Shown: positions 34,832 through 45,083, counted from the stretch's first letter. The stretch: DNA of 51,146 bases from Candidatus Micrarchaeota archaeon (GCA_030613375.1 JAUWMC010000002.1:1-51146), one strand, 5' to 3'. Notes: generated by a model from the sequence alone, not told the origin. Translations and numbers: made by a program.

Positions 34832-35923
34832 TTGTTTAGAGCCTGAATGTCTATCACCTAGAGATAGGCCCAGAGCTCGTTTGAGTATATTTTTAGCTGC
34901 ATTGAGGTCCCTATGCATAATTGCTCCACAAGAACAATTATGCCACCTCTCCGCAAGCGTTTTCTTTCGTATTAAACCACAACTGCTGCACTCCTGAGAA
35001 GTGTGGGCAGGATTCACAAGAACAACTTCAGAACCAGCTTCCTCCGCTTTGTAGTGAAGCATTTCCCTAAACTCTGCCCAGCTGCAGTCCAATATGTGTT
35101 TTGCAAGGAAACCTTTGCTCAATCCGTTTACATTTAGGTCTTCCATTGCAAGTAAAGAATATGAATTAACCAGCTTCCTGCTGGTTTTGTGAAGAAAATC
35201 CCTTCTGTTGTTGGTAACTTTTTCATATGCTCTGGCTACCCTTAGTTTTGCCTTTCTCCTGTTTTTGCTTCCTTTCTTTTTTCCTGAGAATGATTTTTGA
35301 GCTTGTTTTAGCTTATTTTCTGCTTTCCTCAGGTGTCTTGGATTTATGATTACAGAATCATTGCTTAAATATCCAAAATTCTGTATTCCCAGATCAATTC
35401 CCACTTTTGCACCTTTGTTGCATCTCGGAGTTATTTCAACTTCTGAAGTAAACACTGCACACCATTTTCCAGATGGCACTCGTTTTATTGTGAGGGTCTT
35501 GATTTTTCCTTTTAGTTCCCTGTGTTTTTTGATTTGTATTTCTCCCAATTTTGAGAGTAAAAGTTGTTTGTTTAACTTGAATCCAAACTGGGGATAAGTA
35601 AATGATTTCATTCGTTCTGTTGGCTTGAACCTAGGAAAACCTACTTTTCCGCCTTTTTTCTTTGTTGCAAACATTCCTTTTAGGGCCTTAACAAGCTTAT
35701 CTGCCACGTTTTGAGATACCTGGGAAAATAGTTTGGTTTTCTTTTTTGTTAGGGTATAAAGTTGTTTTCTTGTTGGGAATCTCTTGGTTTTTTCATAATG
35801 TTCTTTTGTATATTCCAGAAGAAAATTCCATAGGTTTTTGCATTCGTATAGGTAAAACTGAAACTCTTTTTCTTGTTCTTTTGTTGGGTAGATTCTGTAC
35901 TTCCAGCTACGTATTACTATCAT
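34775..35923 (-). CDS. tnpB: RNA-guided endonuclease TnpB
   Basis: KYRIYPT, GFPRFK, RuvC triad GIDLG / MEDL / RDLNAA, Zn finger CSSCG...CSCG. Confidence 0.96.
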   Translation of the reverse strand: MIVIRSWKYRIYPTKEQEKEFQFYLYECKNLWNFLLEYTKEHYEKTKRFPTRKQLYTLTKKKTKLFSQVSQNVADKLVKALKGMFATKKKGGKVGFPRFKPTERMKSFTYPQFGFKLNKQLLLSKLGEIQIKKHRELKGKIKTLTIKRVPSGKWCAVFTSEVEITPRCNKGAKVGIDLGIQNFGYLSNDSVIINPRHLRKAENKLKQAQKSFSGKKKGSKNRRKAKLRVARAYEKVTNNRRDFLHKTSRKLVNSYSLLAMEDLNVNGLSKGFLAKHILDCSWAEFREMLHYKAEEAGSEVVLVNPAHTSQECSSCGLIRKKTLAERWHNCSCGAIMHRDLNAAKNILKRALGLSLGDRHSGSKQATRGRGEVKPAEKMPLPL

Positions 35924-35982
35924 TGAACTTATCTGGGTTTTAGAGATTTATAAATGAAAGGAAAGTAGGCTTCCACTGAGTC

Positions 35983-36103
35983 TGGGTCAAAGACCCAAGG
36001 CTAAATCATGAAGCTTGCTTCACGAGATGTAACTGAAGGTTACACAGAGCCCATGGATTTCTTGAGTTCTTCTGAACTCAAGAGTATTTACCGTAAGGTA
36101 AAT
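35983..36103. other. Array of five short hairpins upstream of tnpB
   Basis: Stems at 35983-35997, 36006-36025, 36028-36044, 36060-36083, 36086-36103. Confidence 0.75.
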
Positions 36104-36174
36104 CTGATCTTGACCGCTACTAGCATAAGAACGCTTTAAAAGTGTTTTTGCTTAACTTTAATCCGGTGCTTTTG

Positions 36175-37266
36175 ATGAATAAAAGCTTGATAGTTAAAGT
36201 ATTAGTTGTATTTTTAGCGCTTCTTTTCCTTATGGAACCCCTTGCAATGAGTGTTAGGAACTGGTCGGGAAACGACGGCGGAGATGCCACCATTTACACT
36301 GGAACAGCAAATGTGAACGTGAGCATTTATTCTTATGGGGCATTCCTGTACATTCAAGCTCCTTCTGAAGTCCAGATAAGCCAAATTTCCGGGAACCCCG
36401 AAGTGCTAAGCCTGGAAGAAGTGGAAGAAGGAAGCGGATTTTACAGGGCTACTCTCAGGGATTCTGCAAAAAACATGGAAATATATAACGGGTTCAAAAA
36501 TTTGGGGATAAACAGCTTTGCGATGGCCCAGATAGGGCTTCCTGATGAATACAGCATTGAACTTGCAAATGAAACCAAAATGGAGATACAAGGAGGCTAT
36601 CAGCAGATGATGATGGAGCCTTTGATAGAAACAGGAAGAAAAGTAAGTTATATGCTTGCGGTGGAAACAGACGGGATAATCACCTACCGCATCATTGACG
36701 CAAAAAGCTATTACTCTAATGTTGAGCTTTCAGGAGAAGGCACAATCGTTGGTGCAAACACTAGTGCATACGCATTCATGATTCCCTGGGAGAACAGAGA
36801 TCTTGTGATTGAAGAGATTATTGAAGAATATGGAGAGGAAAACGTGGTTTATGAAAGAAAAGATTATGTTGTATTCGAACCTCCACTCTCCTCAACAGAA
36901 ACAATGTTCATGAAAACTGAATACGTAACATATATCTCTGAGGGAAGCGCAAGCCTGCTTGAAAACTTCACGAACAAAACCCTGGCAGATCAGGATTTCG
37001 GAGGAAGGGCAACCTTCCCGGATTCTACTCTAAGGATTATTGCTGAGGAAGTTCCTGACCTGGAGTTTGAGTATGAACAGGTAAAAACCTACAATTTGGA
37101 GCTCCCCAATACCTTTGATGGGTATTTGCTTGAAGCTGGAGAAATAGAAGTTGCATCCAATCTTGATTTTGATGAGGGTGAAACTGCACTGGTTAGCTTT
37201 AACGCAACAGTTACCGGAGATATGGTTCTCGGGGTAATGGAAGTATACCTCAATAAGATGAATTAG
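36175..37266 (+). CDS. Acidic exported or membrane-anchored hypothetical protein
   Basis: N-terminal TM/signal peptide KSLIVKVLVVFLALLFLM. Confidence 0.8.
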   Translation: MNKSLIVKVLVVFLALLFLMEPLAMSVRNWSGNDGGDATIYTGTANVNVSIYSYGAFLYIQAPSEVQISQISGNPEVLSLEEVEEGSGFYRATLRDSAKNMEIYNGFKNLGINSFAMAQIGLPDEYSIELANETKMEIQGGYQQMMMEPLIETGRKVSYMLAVETDGIITYRIIDAKSYYSNVELSGEGTIVGANTSAYAFMIPWENRDLVIEEIIEEYGEENVVYERKDYVVFEPPLSSTETMFMKTEYVTYISEGSASLLENFTNKTLADQDFGGRATFPDSTLRIIAEEVPDLEFEYEQVKTYNLELPNTFDGYLLEAGEIEVASNLDFDEGETALVSFNATVTGDMVLGVMEVYLNKMN

Positions 37267-40200
37267 GCTGCGGGAGCCTCATGAATTTCCGGAGCTTCAA
37301 TTCCCTCTTTTTCTAATTTTACCCCAACTATTTTTGAGACTCCATCTACTCTGCTTACTCCCAATACTGCACTGGCCATCCCCATCATTATATCATTGTG
37401 GCTTACAACAAGAAATTGGGACTGGGGCGCAAGCTCCGTGAGAAGTTTTGCGAGATTCTTTGTATTCACTTTGTCCAGGGGGGCATCTACCTCATCCAGT
37501 ACATAGAAAGGAGAGGGTTTGTAGAACTGGAGTGCGAATACAAACATAAGCGCAACCAGGCTCTTTTCTCCCCCTGAAAGGGATTCAAGCGAATGGTCGC
37601 GGTTGTTCCTCCTTACCTTTATGTAAAGACCTGATTCGAACGGAGTGGAGGGTTTGTCTAAGTATAGATGACCCTCTCCAACATTAATAAGCGTAAAGAG
37701 TTTCTGGAACTGTTTATCTACCTCGTGGAAAGTCTCGAAGAATGCTTCTTTTTTCTTTTCCTCAATTCCTGAAATCATATCGATTACTGCTTCCTTTTCC
37801 ACACGAAGTTTCTCAATCTTTTCCTGCATTTCGGATACTTCCTTTGATTTTTCTTCGTACATTTCCGGAGCTGCAAGGTTTACTGCACCTAATTCGGAAA
37901 TTAGGGATTCTGCAGAACGCATCATCTGGGTAAGCTGTTCCTTTCCTCCTTCCAAAGGTTCAACCTCATTGTATTCTTCAAATTCCGCCTGCAGGTCTAC
38001 GAAGCGCGTATCCAAATTCTCCATTTCCACATCTGAAACTGTTATGGTTTTTTCATGCCTGGAAAGCTCAATTTGGAATTCCCCTCTTCTTTCTCCAAGC
38101 TCCTGGAGCTTTTGCTCAAATGCGTTCATCTGAGTAATAAGTCTCTTGATTGCTGCATTTGAAGCTCCGAGCCTTTCTTCAATCCTAGAAAGATCGTCTT
38201 CTCTTCTTTTGATCTGGGAAACAAGCTGCTTTGTCCTGGAATCTTGCTCTTCCTTTTCTTTTGCGGTGCGGTTCAACCTGGATTCTCGGTCTTTTATGCC
38301 ATCGGTCCTTACTTCAAATTCCCTTTTCTTTGAATCCGCTTGGGCACGCAGAGAAGAGTAAAGCTTTGTTTTGTCCTCCCGTTCTTTCTCCATTGATTCC
38401 AAACGTGAAGATTCATTTTCTATTGCTTTCTGAAGATTTTCTTTCGAGGTAATGATGGAAGCGTCAAGTTCCCCGTGTTTCTTTTCATAAGAGGCTAATT
38501 TGGAAGTAGAAAGTTCTATGGATTTTTCCAGTTTGCGCATCTCATCTTTTATTTCACCCGCACGCATTTCCTTCTTTTTCCTTTCCTCCAGCTTTTCCTG
38601 AACAGATTCAAATTCCACTTCTTTCTTCTTAACTGCAATTTCTGTTTCTGCCTTTTCCCTGCGAAAAGAAGACATTTCGTCCCTTATCGCAGAAAGGTCA
38701 TCGATAAGTCCGGTTTTGCGTGATTTTACTGCTTCAAGCTCTGCCTCCATTTTGGAAAGTTGGGCTGCGGAAGCAACTCCCCCCCTTGTTTTTCCTCCTG
38801 TAATTATGCCAGATTTTTCAAAAAGGTCGCCATCTGTTGTGACCATGCGCTCCTTTGTGATCCCATGCTTTTTTGCTTCATTTGAATCTTTTACGAGAAG
38901 TGTATTCCCAAATGCAAAGTTGATTGCGTTTGAATATTTTGAATTGAACGTTATGAAGTCTACAAGGGGACCCATTCCCCCCTTTGCATTTATCTGAGGG
39001 GAATTCACTTCTTTAAGCGGGATAAATGTTGCCCTTCCTCTTCCTGCTTTCTTCAAGTGGGAGATTATTTTTACTGCGACATCTGCGGAATCCACCACCA
39101 CATAAAGAAGACGGCCCCCTCCTGCTGCATCAATTGCCTTTGAGTATTCGGGCTTGAATTCAATAAGTTCCGCAACTGTTCCGTGGATCCCACCTAGATT
39201 TCCGCTTTCCTTTAATTCGGAAATAAATTGGAGTGCGGGGTTGCGCACACGCGCAGAAGTCTGTGCGCGGAGGGTTGCAACCTTCTCCCTTAGGGAAAGG
39301 AGCTCCCGGTCAAGGCCTGCATTTTCTGCATTCAATTCCTTTTCCCGTGAAAAGAGGCGGTCCTGTGCATCTATCGCACCCCTGAGTTTCCTGCGGAGAT
39401 CTTCAATATCCGCTTCCATGTTTTCCCCTGAGGAAACTTCGGAAATTCCCTCATCTTCCAGAGTTCTTTTCTTTTCTGCAATAAGTGACTGGGATTTTTC
39501 TATTTCCCCTTTAAGAATAAGGGCCTGTTCACGAATGCGGGTGCGCTCATCTTCCAAATCCTCCATGGATTTTCTTAGTGCGGAAACTTCTGCGCTTTCT
39601 CTGTGCTCCAAGCGTAAACTCTCGAGCGGAACCATCTGAGTTCTTAGCTCTTTTTCCTCTTCGGAAAGGGATTGAAGAATCTTTTTCTCAGATGAGATTT
39701 CCTTTTCAAGAGATTCGAGCGAAGCAATTAGCTTCTGAAGAGATTCTTCAGATTCCTGAAGGGATTCCTTCTTTGAGGTGATTTCCGCCTTTGTCTTTTC
39801 CAGTTCCCGGAAAAGCTTTTCCCTTTCCTCCTTTGCACCTATTTCTGCAGAGATTTTCGCTTTTTTATCTTCTTCGTTCTTTACTTCTGCTTCGATTTTC
39901 TCCATTTCCTTCCTTATGGATTCAATGCCTTTTTTCGCATCTTCAAGTGAATTGAGTATTTTCTTTTTCTTCTTCTCTGCGTTCTTGAGCTCAAGCTGGA
40001 TGATTGAAGCTTTTGCGCGCTTTACGGTTTCAGATGCAGAAGAATAGCTAAGAGCGTGTTCTCTTTCGGATTCCAGCTCCTTCAAAAATGCAGTACGTTC
40101 TCCAAGCACGAGGTTTGAGTCTCTAACCCTTCCCTCTACGATTTCAAGTTCTCTAAGCGCCTCTTTCTTTTTTGCCTCGAAATCAGCAATCCCTGCAACA

Positions 40201-40643
40201 GCATCAATTATTCCCCTTCTTTCCCTTCCGCTTATCTCTACTACGCGCTGAACCTCCCCCTGGGCGATTATGTTCCTTCCGCTTGAATCCAGGTTGTATT
40301 TTTTCAGGAGCTCCAGAATTGAGGTACGTGTAGTTTTTTTTCCGTTGAGCATGTAGCGGACTTTTCCATCTTCCTTTATTGCACGCCTTAATTCGTATTT
40401 TTTATCATCCTGAAAATTTAGTATCACTTCCGCAATTTTGGAATTGTGGCAAATTAGGTCTTTTACCTTGCGTGCACGAAGAGACTTTAGGGATTTTTCT
40501 CCGAGTGCAAACCTTACTGCATCCAGCACATTGGTTTTTCCACTCCCATTAGGCCCCGCAAGGCAGATGAAATCGTGCGGCAGCTCAATGTCTGCCTTTT
40601 TGAACGACTTAAAACCCCTGAGCTTTATGCTGGAAATGTGCAT
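37263..40643 (-). CDS. smc: Chromosome segregation protein SMC
   Basis: Walker A GPNGSGKTN, hinge GRATFIPL, signature LSGGEKS, Walker B LDEVDAPLD. Confidence 0.96.
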   Translation of the reverse strand: MHISSIKLRGFKSFKKADIELPHDFICLAGPNGSGKTNVLDAVRFALGEKSLKSLRARKVKDLICHNSKIAEVILNFQDDKKYELRRAIKEDGKVRYMLNGKKTTRTSILELLKKYNLDSSGRNIIAQGEVQRVVEISGRERRGIIDAVAGIADFEAKKKEALRELEIVEGRVRDSNLVLGERTAFLKELESEREHALSYSSASETVKRAKASIIQLELKNAEKKKKKILNSLEDAKKGIESIRKEMEKIEAEVKNEEDKKAKISAEIGAKEEREKLFRELEKTKAEITSKKESLQESEESLQKLIASLESLEKEISSEKKILQSLSEEEKELRTQMVPLESLRLEHRESAEVSALRKSMEDLEDERTRIREQALILKGEIEKSQSLIAEKKRTLEDEGISEVSSGENMEADIEDLRRKLRGAIDAQDRLFSREKELNAENAGLDRELLSLREKVATLRAQTSARVRNPALQFISELKESGNLGGIHGTVAELIEFKPEYSKAIDAAGGGRLLYVVVDSADVAVKIISHLKKAGRGRATFIPLKEVNSPQINAKGGMGPLVDFITFNSKYSNAINFAFGNTLLVKDSNEAKKHGITKERMVTTDGDLFEKSGIITGGKTRGGVASAAQLSKMEAELEAVKSRKTGLIDDLSAIRDEMSSFRREKAETEIAVKKKEVEFESVQEKLEERKKKEMRAGEIKDEMRKLEKSIELSTSKLASYEKKHGELDASIITSKENLQKAIENESSRLESMEKEREDKTKLYSSLRAQADSKKREFEVRTDGIKDRESRLNRTAKEKEEQDSRTKQLVSQIKRREDDLSRIEERLGASNAAIKRLITQMNAFEQKLQELGERRGEFQIELSRHEKTITVSDVEMENLDTRFVDLQAEFEEYNEVEPLEGGKEQLTQMMRSAESLISELGAVNLAAPEMYEEKSKEVSEMQEKIEKLRVEKEAVIDMISGIEEKKKEAFFETFHEVDKQFQKLFTLINVGEGHLYLDKPSTPFESGLYIKVRRNNRDHSLESLSGGEKSLVALMFVFALQFYKPSPFYVLDEVDAPLDKVNTKNLAKLLTELAPQSQFLVVSHNDIMMGMASAVLGVSRVDGVSKIVGVKLEKEGIEAPEIHEAPAA

Positions 40644-40902
40644 GGTGCCTTACCTTGTAACGTCAGTATATTCGACATTTTGGTTTAAAAAGCCTTCGGA
40701 GGATTGCTTCAGAAAAAAGGGTTTTTGGAGGTAAATGTAAGTGTTATTCCAACAAAAAAATTTGTAGCTAGGGTTAAAAAGTAGGAGACACAAAAGTGAT
40801 AATTGGTACTGCTTAGTCTGGGGAAGGTAAAAATTACGCGACCAGAAATTGGAATTTCAAAACGTGTGAGATTTCAAAAGGTCTCGGGAAGGATGTGATA
40901 AA

Positions 40903-41628
40903 ATGGCTAAGTTCTTTATAGCAGGATGCTTTGCAGACAATCTAATAATGGATAAGGACGATAATACGATAGAGAAGAAAGATGGTGGACCGGCTTACTT
41001 CATTAAAAACGTATTTGATGAGATCGGGGAAGATTATGAACTTGCAAAGAGCAAGAAGGGAATAATCGAGATCCATATTGAAAATATGGAGGAAACGGGT
41101 AGGTTCCCCCTTGCGTGCAAGATGACTCATACGCCAATTACTTCCAACGTGGTTCTCGCATATGCAGTTTCCAATGAGGTTTGTATAGATAAATTAAAGG
41201 GAGATTTTAGTGAGATTTATGTGGATTCCCGCGGATTTGTCCGAGATCCTAAGACTTTTGGAGGAAAGAAAAACTGGTGCGTAAAAAACGTTGAGAAGAT
41301 AAAGGTGCTGAAAACAACTCCTCTGGAAATGCAATATGTTCCCGAGAACTTACTTTCCCATATAAAGAAGAATGGGGTTCTTGTTGTGATCAAGGGTGAG
41401 GGAAAAATTAGCGTAACCGAAGGTGGGAACGAGCATGAGTATTTCCTTGAAGATCCTTCCGCATGCGCCTCAATAGGGGCAAGGGAAACCTTTTTTGCAG
41501 CATTCGCTTCTGAATACTCCAAAAACAGGGATCCCAAAAAAGCAATGGACTTTGCAGTAGGACATTGCAAAAAGTTCATGAAAAAGGATGATGAAGATAA
41601 ACAGGAGGAAGAAAAGCCTCCTGAATAA
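40903..41628 (+). CDS. PfkB/ribokinase-like protein with a degenerate catalytic motif
   Basis: GGPAY near the N-terminus, YVDSRGFVR, and SIGARETFFAAF in place of TGAGDxF. Confidence 0.7.
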   Translation: MAKFFIAGCFADNLIMDKDDNTIEKKDGGPAYFIKNVFDEIGEDYELAKSKKGIIEIHIENMEETGRFPLACKMTHTPITSNVVLAYAVSNEVCIDKLKGDFSEIYVDSRGFVRDPKTFGGKKNWCVKNVEKIKVLKTTPLEMQYVPENLLSHIKKNGVLVVIKGEGKISVTEGGNEHEYFLEDPSACASIGARETFFAAFASEYSKNRDPKKAMDFAVGHCKKFMKKDDEDKQEEEKPPE

Positions 41629-41634
41629 TTTTCT

Positions 41635-42576
41635 TTAATAGTTTGATTTTTTCGGTGTATCCCAGACTCTTGCTGTTGTTTTGCTGGATATCCTTATGTC
41701 TTTTGCTTTCTGGAACTTGTCCAGGATTTCCTTGAATACCGGATCCACGTGTGTTCTCCGATGTTTTGCATCCACTATGAACCTCAATCTTAGCTCAATC
41801 CAGTTGTCTGTAGGAATTACGTAAACCGTGGGCTTTACGTCTCTGGGCTCCAGGAGATACTTATAGGTCATTTTCTTCAATTGCCTGGTGCTTTTTTCAA
41901 CAAATTGTCTTGTGATCTTATTTGCTGCATTTTCCATTATTCCCGTTGCTTTCTTGAGGTTGCTGCTGTAGGTAATAGGGAGCATCAACTCTTCCCAAAT
42001 AAATCCAAAATCCCTTGAGTAGTTAGTTACTACCTTCTCCAATACAAAAGAGTTGGGAATCCCCTTGATCTTTCCCGTGAACTGATCATAATTTGCATCT
42101 CCCCCTATCTCCATAAGTTTCGTATACATCAATTCGATATCTATTACGTCCCCGCTCACTCCATCTATTTCTATTCTGTCCCCTGCTTCATACGGCCTTA
42201 CTGTGATTAAGGTGAGGAAACCTACTAAATTCATTAAAGGTCGTTGGAGAGCAATTGCAATTCCTGCCCCGATAAAACCCATTGCAACTACCAGACTTTG
42301 GGTCTGCTCAATCCAAATCCCCATTGCAATTATGATTGTGACTACGTAGATTAGATAACTGGAAATCTTTGCAAGAAAATACCTTACCTTAAAGAGCTTG
42401 ATTCTCGCAACTATGCCCCCTACCAGTGAATCCAAAAGTAATGCAAAAGAAATTATTGCAAGGGTTTCCACCGCCTTTACTAATAGAGGGTCATTTGGAT
42501 AGAAAATAGGCGCATATTGTGATGCGACAAGAAAAATAACGAATAGTATGAGGAGACCTATCTTTTTCAGCAGCAT
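41635..42576 (-). CDS. mscS: Small-conductance mechanosensitive channel
   Basis: GAGIAIALQ, RPYEAGDRIEI, GDVIDI, IPNS, NYS. Confidence 0.92.
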   Translation of the reverse strand: MLLKKIGLLILFVIFLVASQYAPIFYPNDPLLVKAVETLAIISFALLLDSLVGGIVARIKLFKVRYFLAKISSYLIYVVTIIIAMGIWIEQTQSLVVAMGFIGAGIAIALQRPLMNLVGFLTLITVRPYEAGDRIEIDGVSGDVIDIELMYTKLMEIGGDANYDQFTGKIKGIPNSFVLEKVVTNYSRDFGFIWEELMLPITYSSNLKKATGIMENAANKITRQFVEKSTRQLKKMTYKYLLEPRDVKPTVYVIPTDNWIELRLRFIVDAKHRRTHVDPVFKEILDKFQKAKDIRISSKTTARVWDTPKKSNY

Positions 42577-42611
42577 AAGTGAAAAAAGGAGGGAAAAAAT
42601 AAAAGGGTTGC

Positions 42612-44189
42612 CTATGCATTGAGCCTTCCAATTATTTCTGCTGCATTATCTGCAAGCGCTTCATTGAATGCTGCCCTTATTGCCACGAATTCCGGATTTA
42701 CGAGAATTTCTGCTGCTGCTTCCCGCATCTCTGCATTTCCCGGGTTTGCGAGATACTCGTTTATTACTACCCTTGCTTCTTCAGTCCTTTCCATGAACTC
42801 TTCTCTCCCGTCCATAGGAATTGCATCCATGATCTGGTTTAGGGCATTGTTGAAACTTCCTCCTGAAGCTCTCAGAATATCCGGCATTACACTTTGACCG
42901 AATTCCGTGAGTTTTCCATCCTTCATTATTCCATTCATTTCCAGAACTTCCTGAGGGTTTTCGTGGAATGAAGGCTCCAAGCCTACTACTGCATTCTGCT
43001 TTAGTGTATCCACCCTTCCCTGCTGTACTGAGACAGTCTCCATGGTCTTTTTTGTAAATTCCAATACCTGCTTTATTGTCTTGTCCTGCTCAACGCCCAT
43101 TTTCTCGAGCCTTTCCTTTAATTCGTCGTCCTTGAGATCCCCTACGGTGGTTTCCTCGCTTTCTTTCTCTGCCTGCGCCATAAGATCTTCTATTAGTTTC
43201 TGGGCTTCTTCTGCCTGTTTCTGCTCCTCATTAGCAAGGCTCTGGAGATCTTGCATCATTTGTGCCTGGGCGGCAGCGTCTGCACCCATCTCCTCTTCAC
43301 CTGCCTCCAGATCCAACAGTGACGGAGGGTTAATAGCGAATCCCAATCCTGCATTCCCAAGAACTCCCGCGTACTCTGCGTAGCTTGCAGCTCTGCTTGC
43401 TTCTGCATATGCTCCTGCATCGTACAATTCTGAACGCTTGTCGGCAATATCAATGAAAATTTCTAACTTTTCAACAACTTCCTGGGGGACTTCGTAGCCA
43501 TCCTTGCGTGCCTGGATTAAAAACTCCTTTACGTCTTCTTTTCTGGCCTCTCTTTGCCTTTTCTCTATCTCATCTATGCTCAGGCCTGCTGCTAATCCTT
43601 CGTCCATAATTCTAGCTGCAGTGTCTGCCCTCTTGTCCATGAATGCATCGATTCTTTCCTTTGGAATGTCTGTTTTTTGTATTTCCAAGTATGCAGTATT
43701 ATTTTCTGCTATGGTGCCTGAACGCATTATGAGCTGCATTGCAATTTTCTTGTTTTTAGGTTCGGCCTGCTGTTTCTTAACCAAGGAAACAACTTTCTTT
43801 ATCTCTCCCTGCCATATCGGAGTTAGCTTGATTCCCTTTGTTCTCTTAAGGAGATCCATTACTGAAGCCAGACTCATGCTAGCTTGCCTTGCTGCTTCCC
43901 CAGTTTGGGTTCTTGTAATTTTAAGAAGGTTCACGAACTGAGGGACTAATTCCGTATTTCCTATTTCGGGATTCAGTTCATTTAGGTCCCTTGTTAGGTT
44001 TGTTTCTGCCTGCTCTAGTGGGGGGGCCATATAGTTCTCTTGGGCATACTGTCTCCTCGCCTGTTCATTCTGTTGTTCTGAACCCATCTGTGCGAGATTA
44101 TTTACTACGGCTGCTTCTGCAGTTTTTTGTGCTCCTTGAACCTGATCTGCTTTCCTTTTTTCGATGTCTTTGTGAGTTCCACCAACCAT
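42612..44189 (-). CDS. Acidic Gln/Glu-rich helical hypothetical protein
   Basis: ORF of about 525 aa; TTTTTAAAT TATA box upstream. Confidence 0.8.
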   Translation of the reverse strand: MVGGTHKDIEKRKADQVQGAQKTAEAAVVNNLAQMGSEQQNEQARRQYAQENYMAPPLEQAETNLTRDLNELNPEIGNTELVPQFVNLLKITRTQTGEAARQASMSLASVMDLLKRTKGIKLTPIWQGEIKKVVSLVKKQQAEPKNKKIAMQLIMRSGTIAENNTAYLEIQKTDIPKERIDAFMDKRADTAARIMDEGLAAGLSIDEIEKRQREARKEDVKEFLIQARKDGYEVPQEVVEKLEIFIDIADKRSELYDAGAYAEASRAASYAEYAGVLGNAGLGFAINPPSLLDLEAGEEEMGADAAAQAQMMQDLQSLANEEQKQAEEAQKLIEDLMAQAEKESEETTVGDLKDDELKERLEKMGVEQDKTIKQVLEFTKKTMETVSVQQGRVDTLKQNAVVGLEPSFHENPQEVLEMNGIMKDGKLTEFGQSVMPDILRASGGSFNNALNQIMDAIPMDGREEFMERTEEARVVINEYLANPGNAEMREAAAEILVNPEFVAIRAAFNEALADNAAEIIGRLNA

Positions 44190-44246
44190 ATATATCACTA
44201 GGTGGGTATTCTCGGAATAAATTTAAAAATAAGATAGAAAAGGAGT

Positions 44247-45083
44247 TCAGCGCATGGCAACTGTCTTTGTATCCAAAGCGGTATCCGGCCCTTCATACAT
44301 ATACCAATATGGGCCCGAATCCCCATTATTACGTAATGTAGCTTGACACACAACATCTCCTTTTTGTAGTCTCTCGGGAGCGTTGATCACGAAGAGGCCT
44401 CCTTCATCAAAGCCAAAACCAGTCTTAATGGCCCCATCTCTCATCTTTCCCTCCCATAGAGGAACCCCCCTAGTTTCATGTCTTCCTTCACGTTTGTTGA
44501 AGTACTGAAAATAAACCGTGCCACTATCTGCGAAAACAAGCAATTTGCCCTTAATCATTGGGTTGGAAGCAGGCACATCAACCACCAATACATTTACTTC
44601 TGGTAGTGGTGCTACCAAAGCAACTCCGAATGTTTCAGTAGAACCATCTACCTTAACTTCAAAATCGACTCCGGATCCAGACTTGTCAACAGAAACCAAA
44701 TATGCACCCACCTTTTTCTGTTCACCCAGTCTAAAGTTCATCAACTTCCCCTCAGCATTCTTAAAGTAAGGTTCGAGCTCTTTGGGGTCAGAAAACGTTT
44801 CGTATGTTATATCTGATTTGGATTTTTCAGCAGGAGTCTCATTTGGATTTGCAATTGCAGGAAGCGGAGCACATGCTGCCATAACTGCTGCAGCACCAAG
44901 AGCAAGCATCCTCCTTCTGCCCATCGGTGCAGCAAGAAGTCCTTTCTCACCAGCGAGTTTCTCTTGTCTAGTAGTAAAAATGCGATTTAGAGTTTCCATT
45001 AACCTGGTGCGCAGCCTAAGCTTAGGCTTGTTGAACTTCGCACCGCCTACCTGGACTTTCTGGTCCTGTTTGACATTGGCCAT
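44247..45083 (-). CDS. Putative twin-arginine-type exported (lipo)protein with an extended N-region
   Basis: MGRRRMLALGAAAVMAAC; GGGTGA SD. Confidence 0.75.
   Translation of the reverse strand: MANVKQDQKVQVGGAKFNKPKLRLRTRLMETLNRIFTTRQEKLAGEKGLLAAPMGRRRMLALGAAAVMAACAPLPAIANPNETPAEKSKSDITYETFSDPKELEPYFKNAEGKLMNFRLGEQKKVGAYLVSVDKSGSGVDFEVKVDGSTETFGVALVAPLPEVNVLVVDVPASNPMIKGKLLVFADSGTVYFQYFNKREGRHETRGVPLWEGKMRDGAIKTGFGFDEGGLFVINAPERLQKGDVVCQATLRNNGDSGPYWYMYEGPDTALDTKTVAMR

Larger units (their letters stand above)
34691..36110 (-). mobile_element. Non-autonomous IS200/IS605 (IS1341-like) element carrying tnpB only; left boundary uncertain
   Basis: tnpB plus right-end hairpin; no tnpA in the window; hairpin cluster upstream. 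Confidence 0.65.

Noticed and set aside
35955..36062. RNase P RNA or SRP RNA (AGGAAAGT ... ACAGA resemblance)
   Set aside because: Too short; lacks the GAGGAAAGUCC/GGCUUA P4 pairing and the SRP helix-8 motif.
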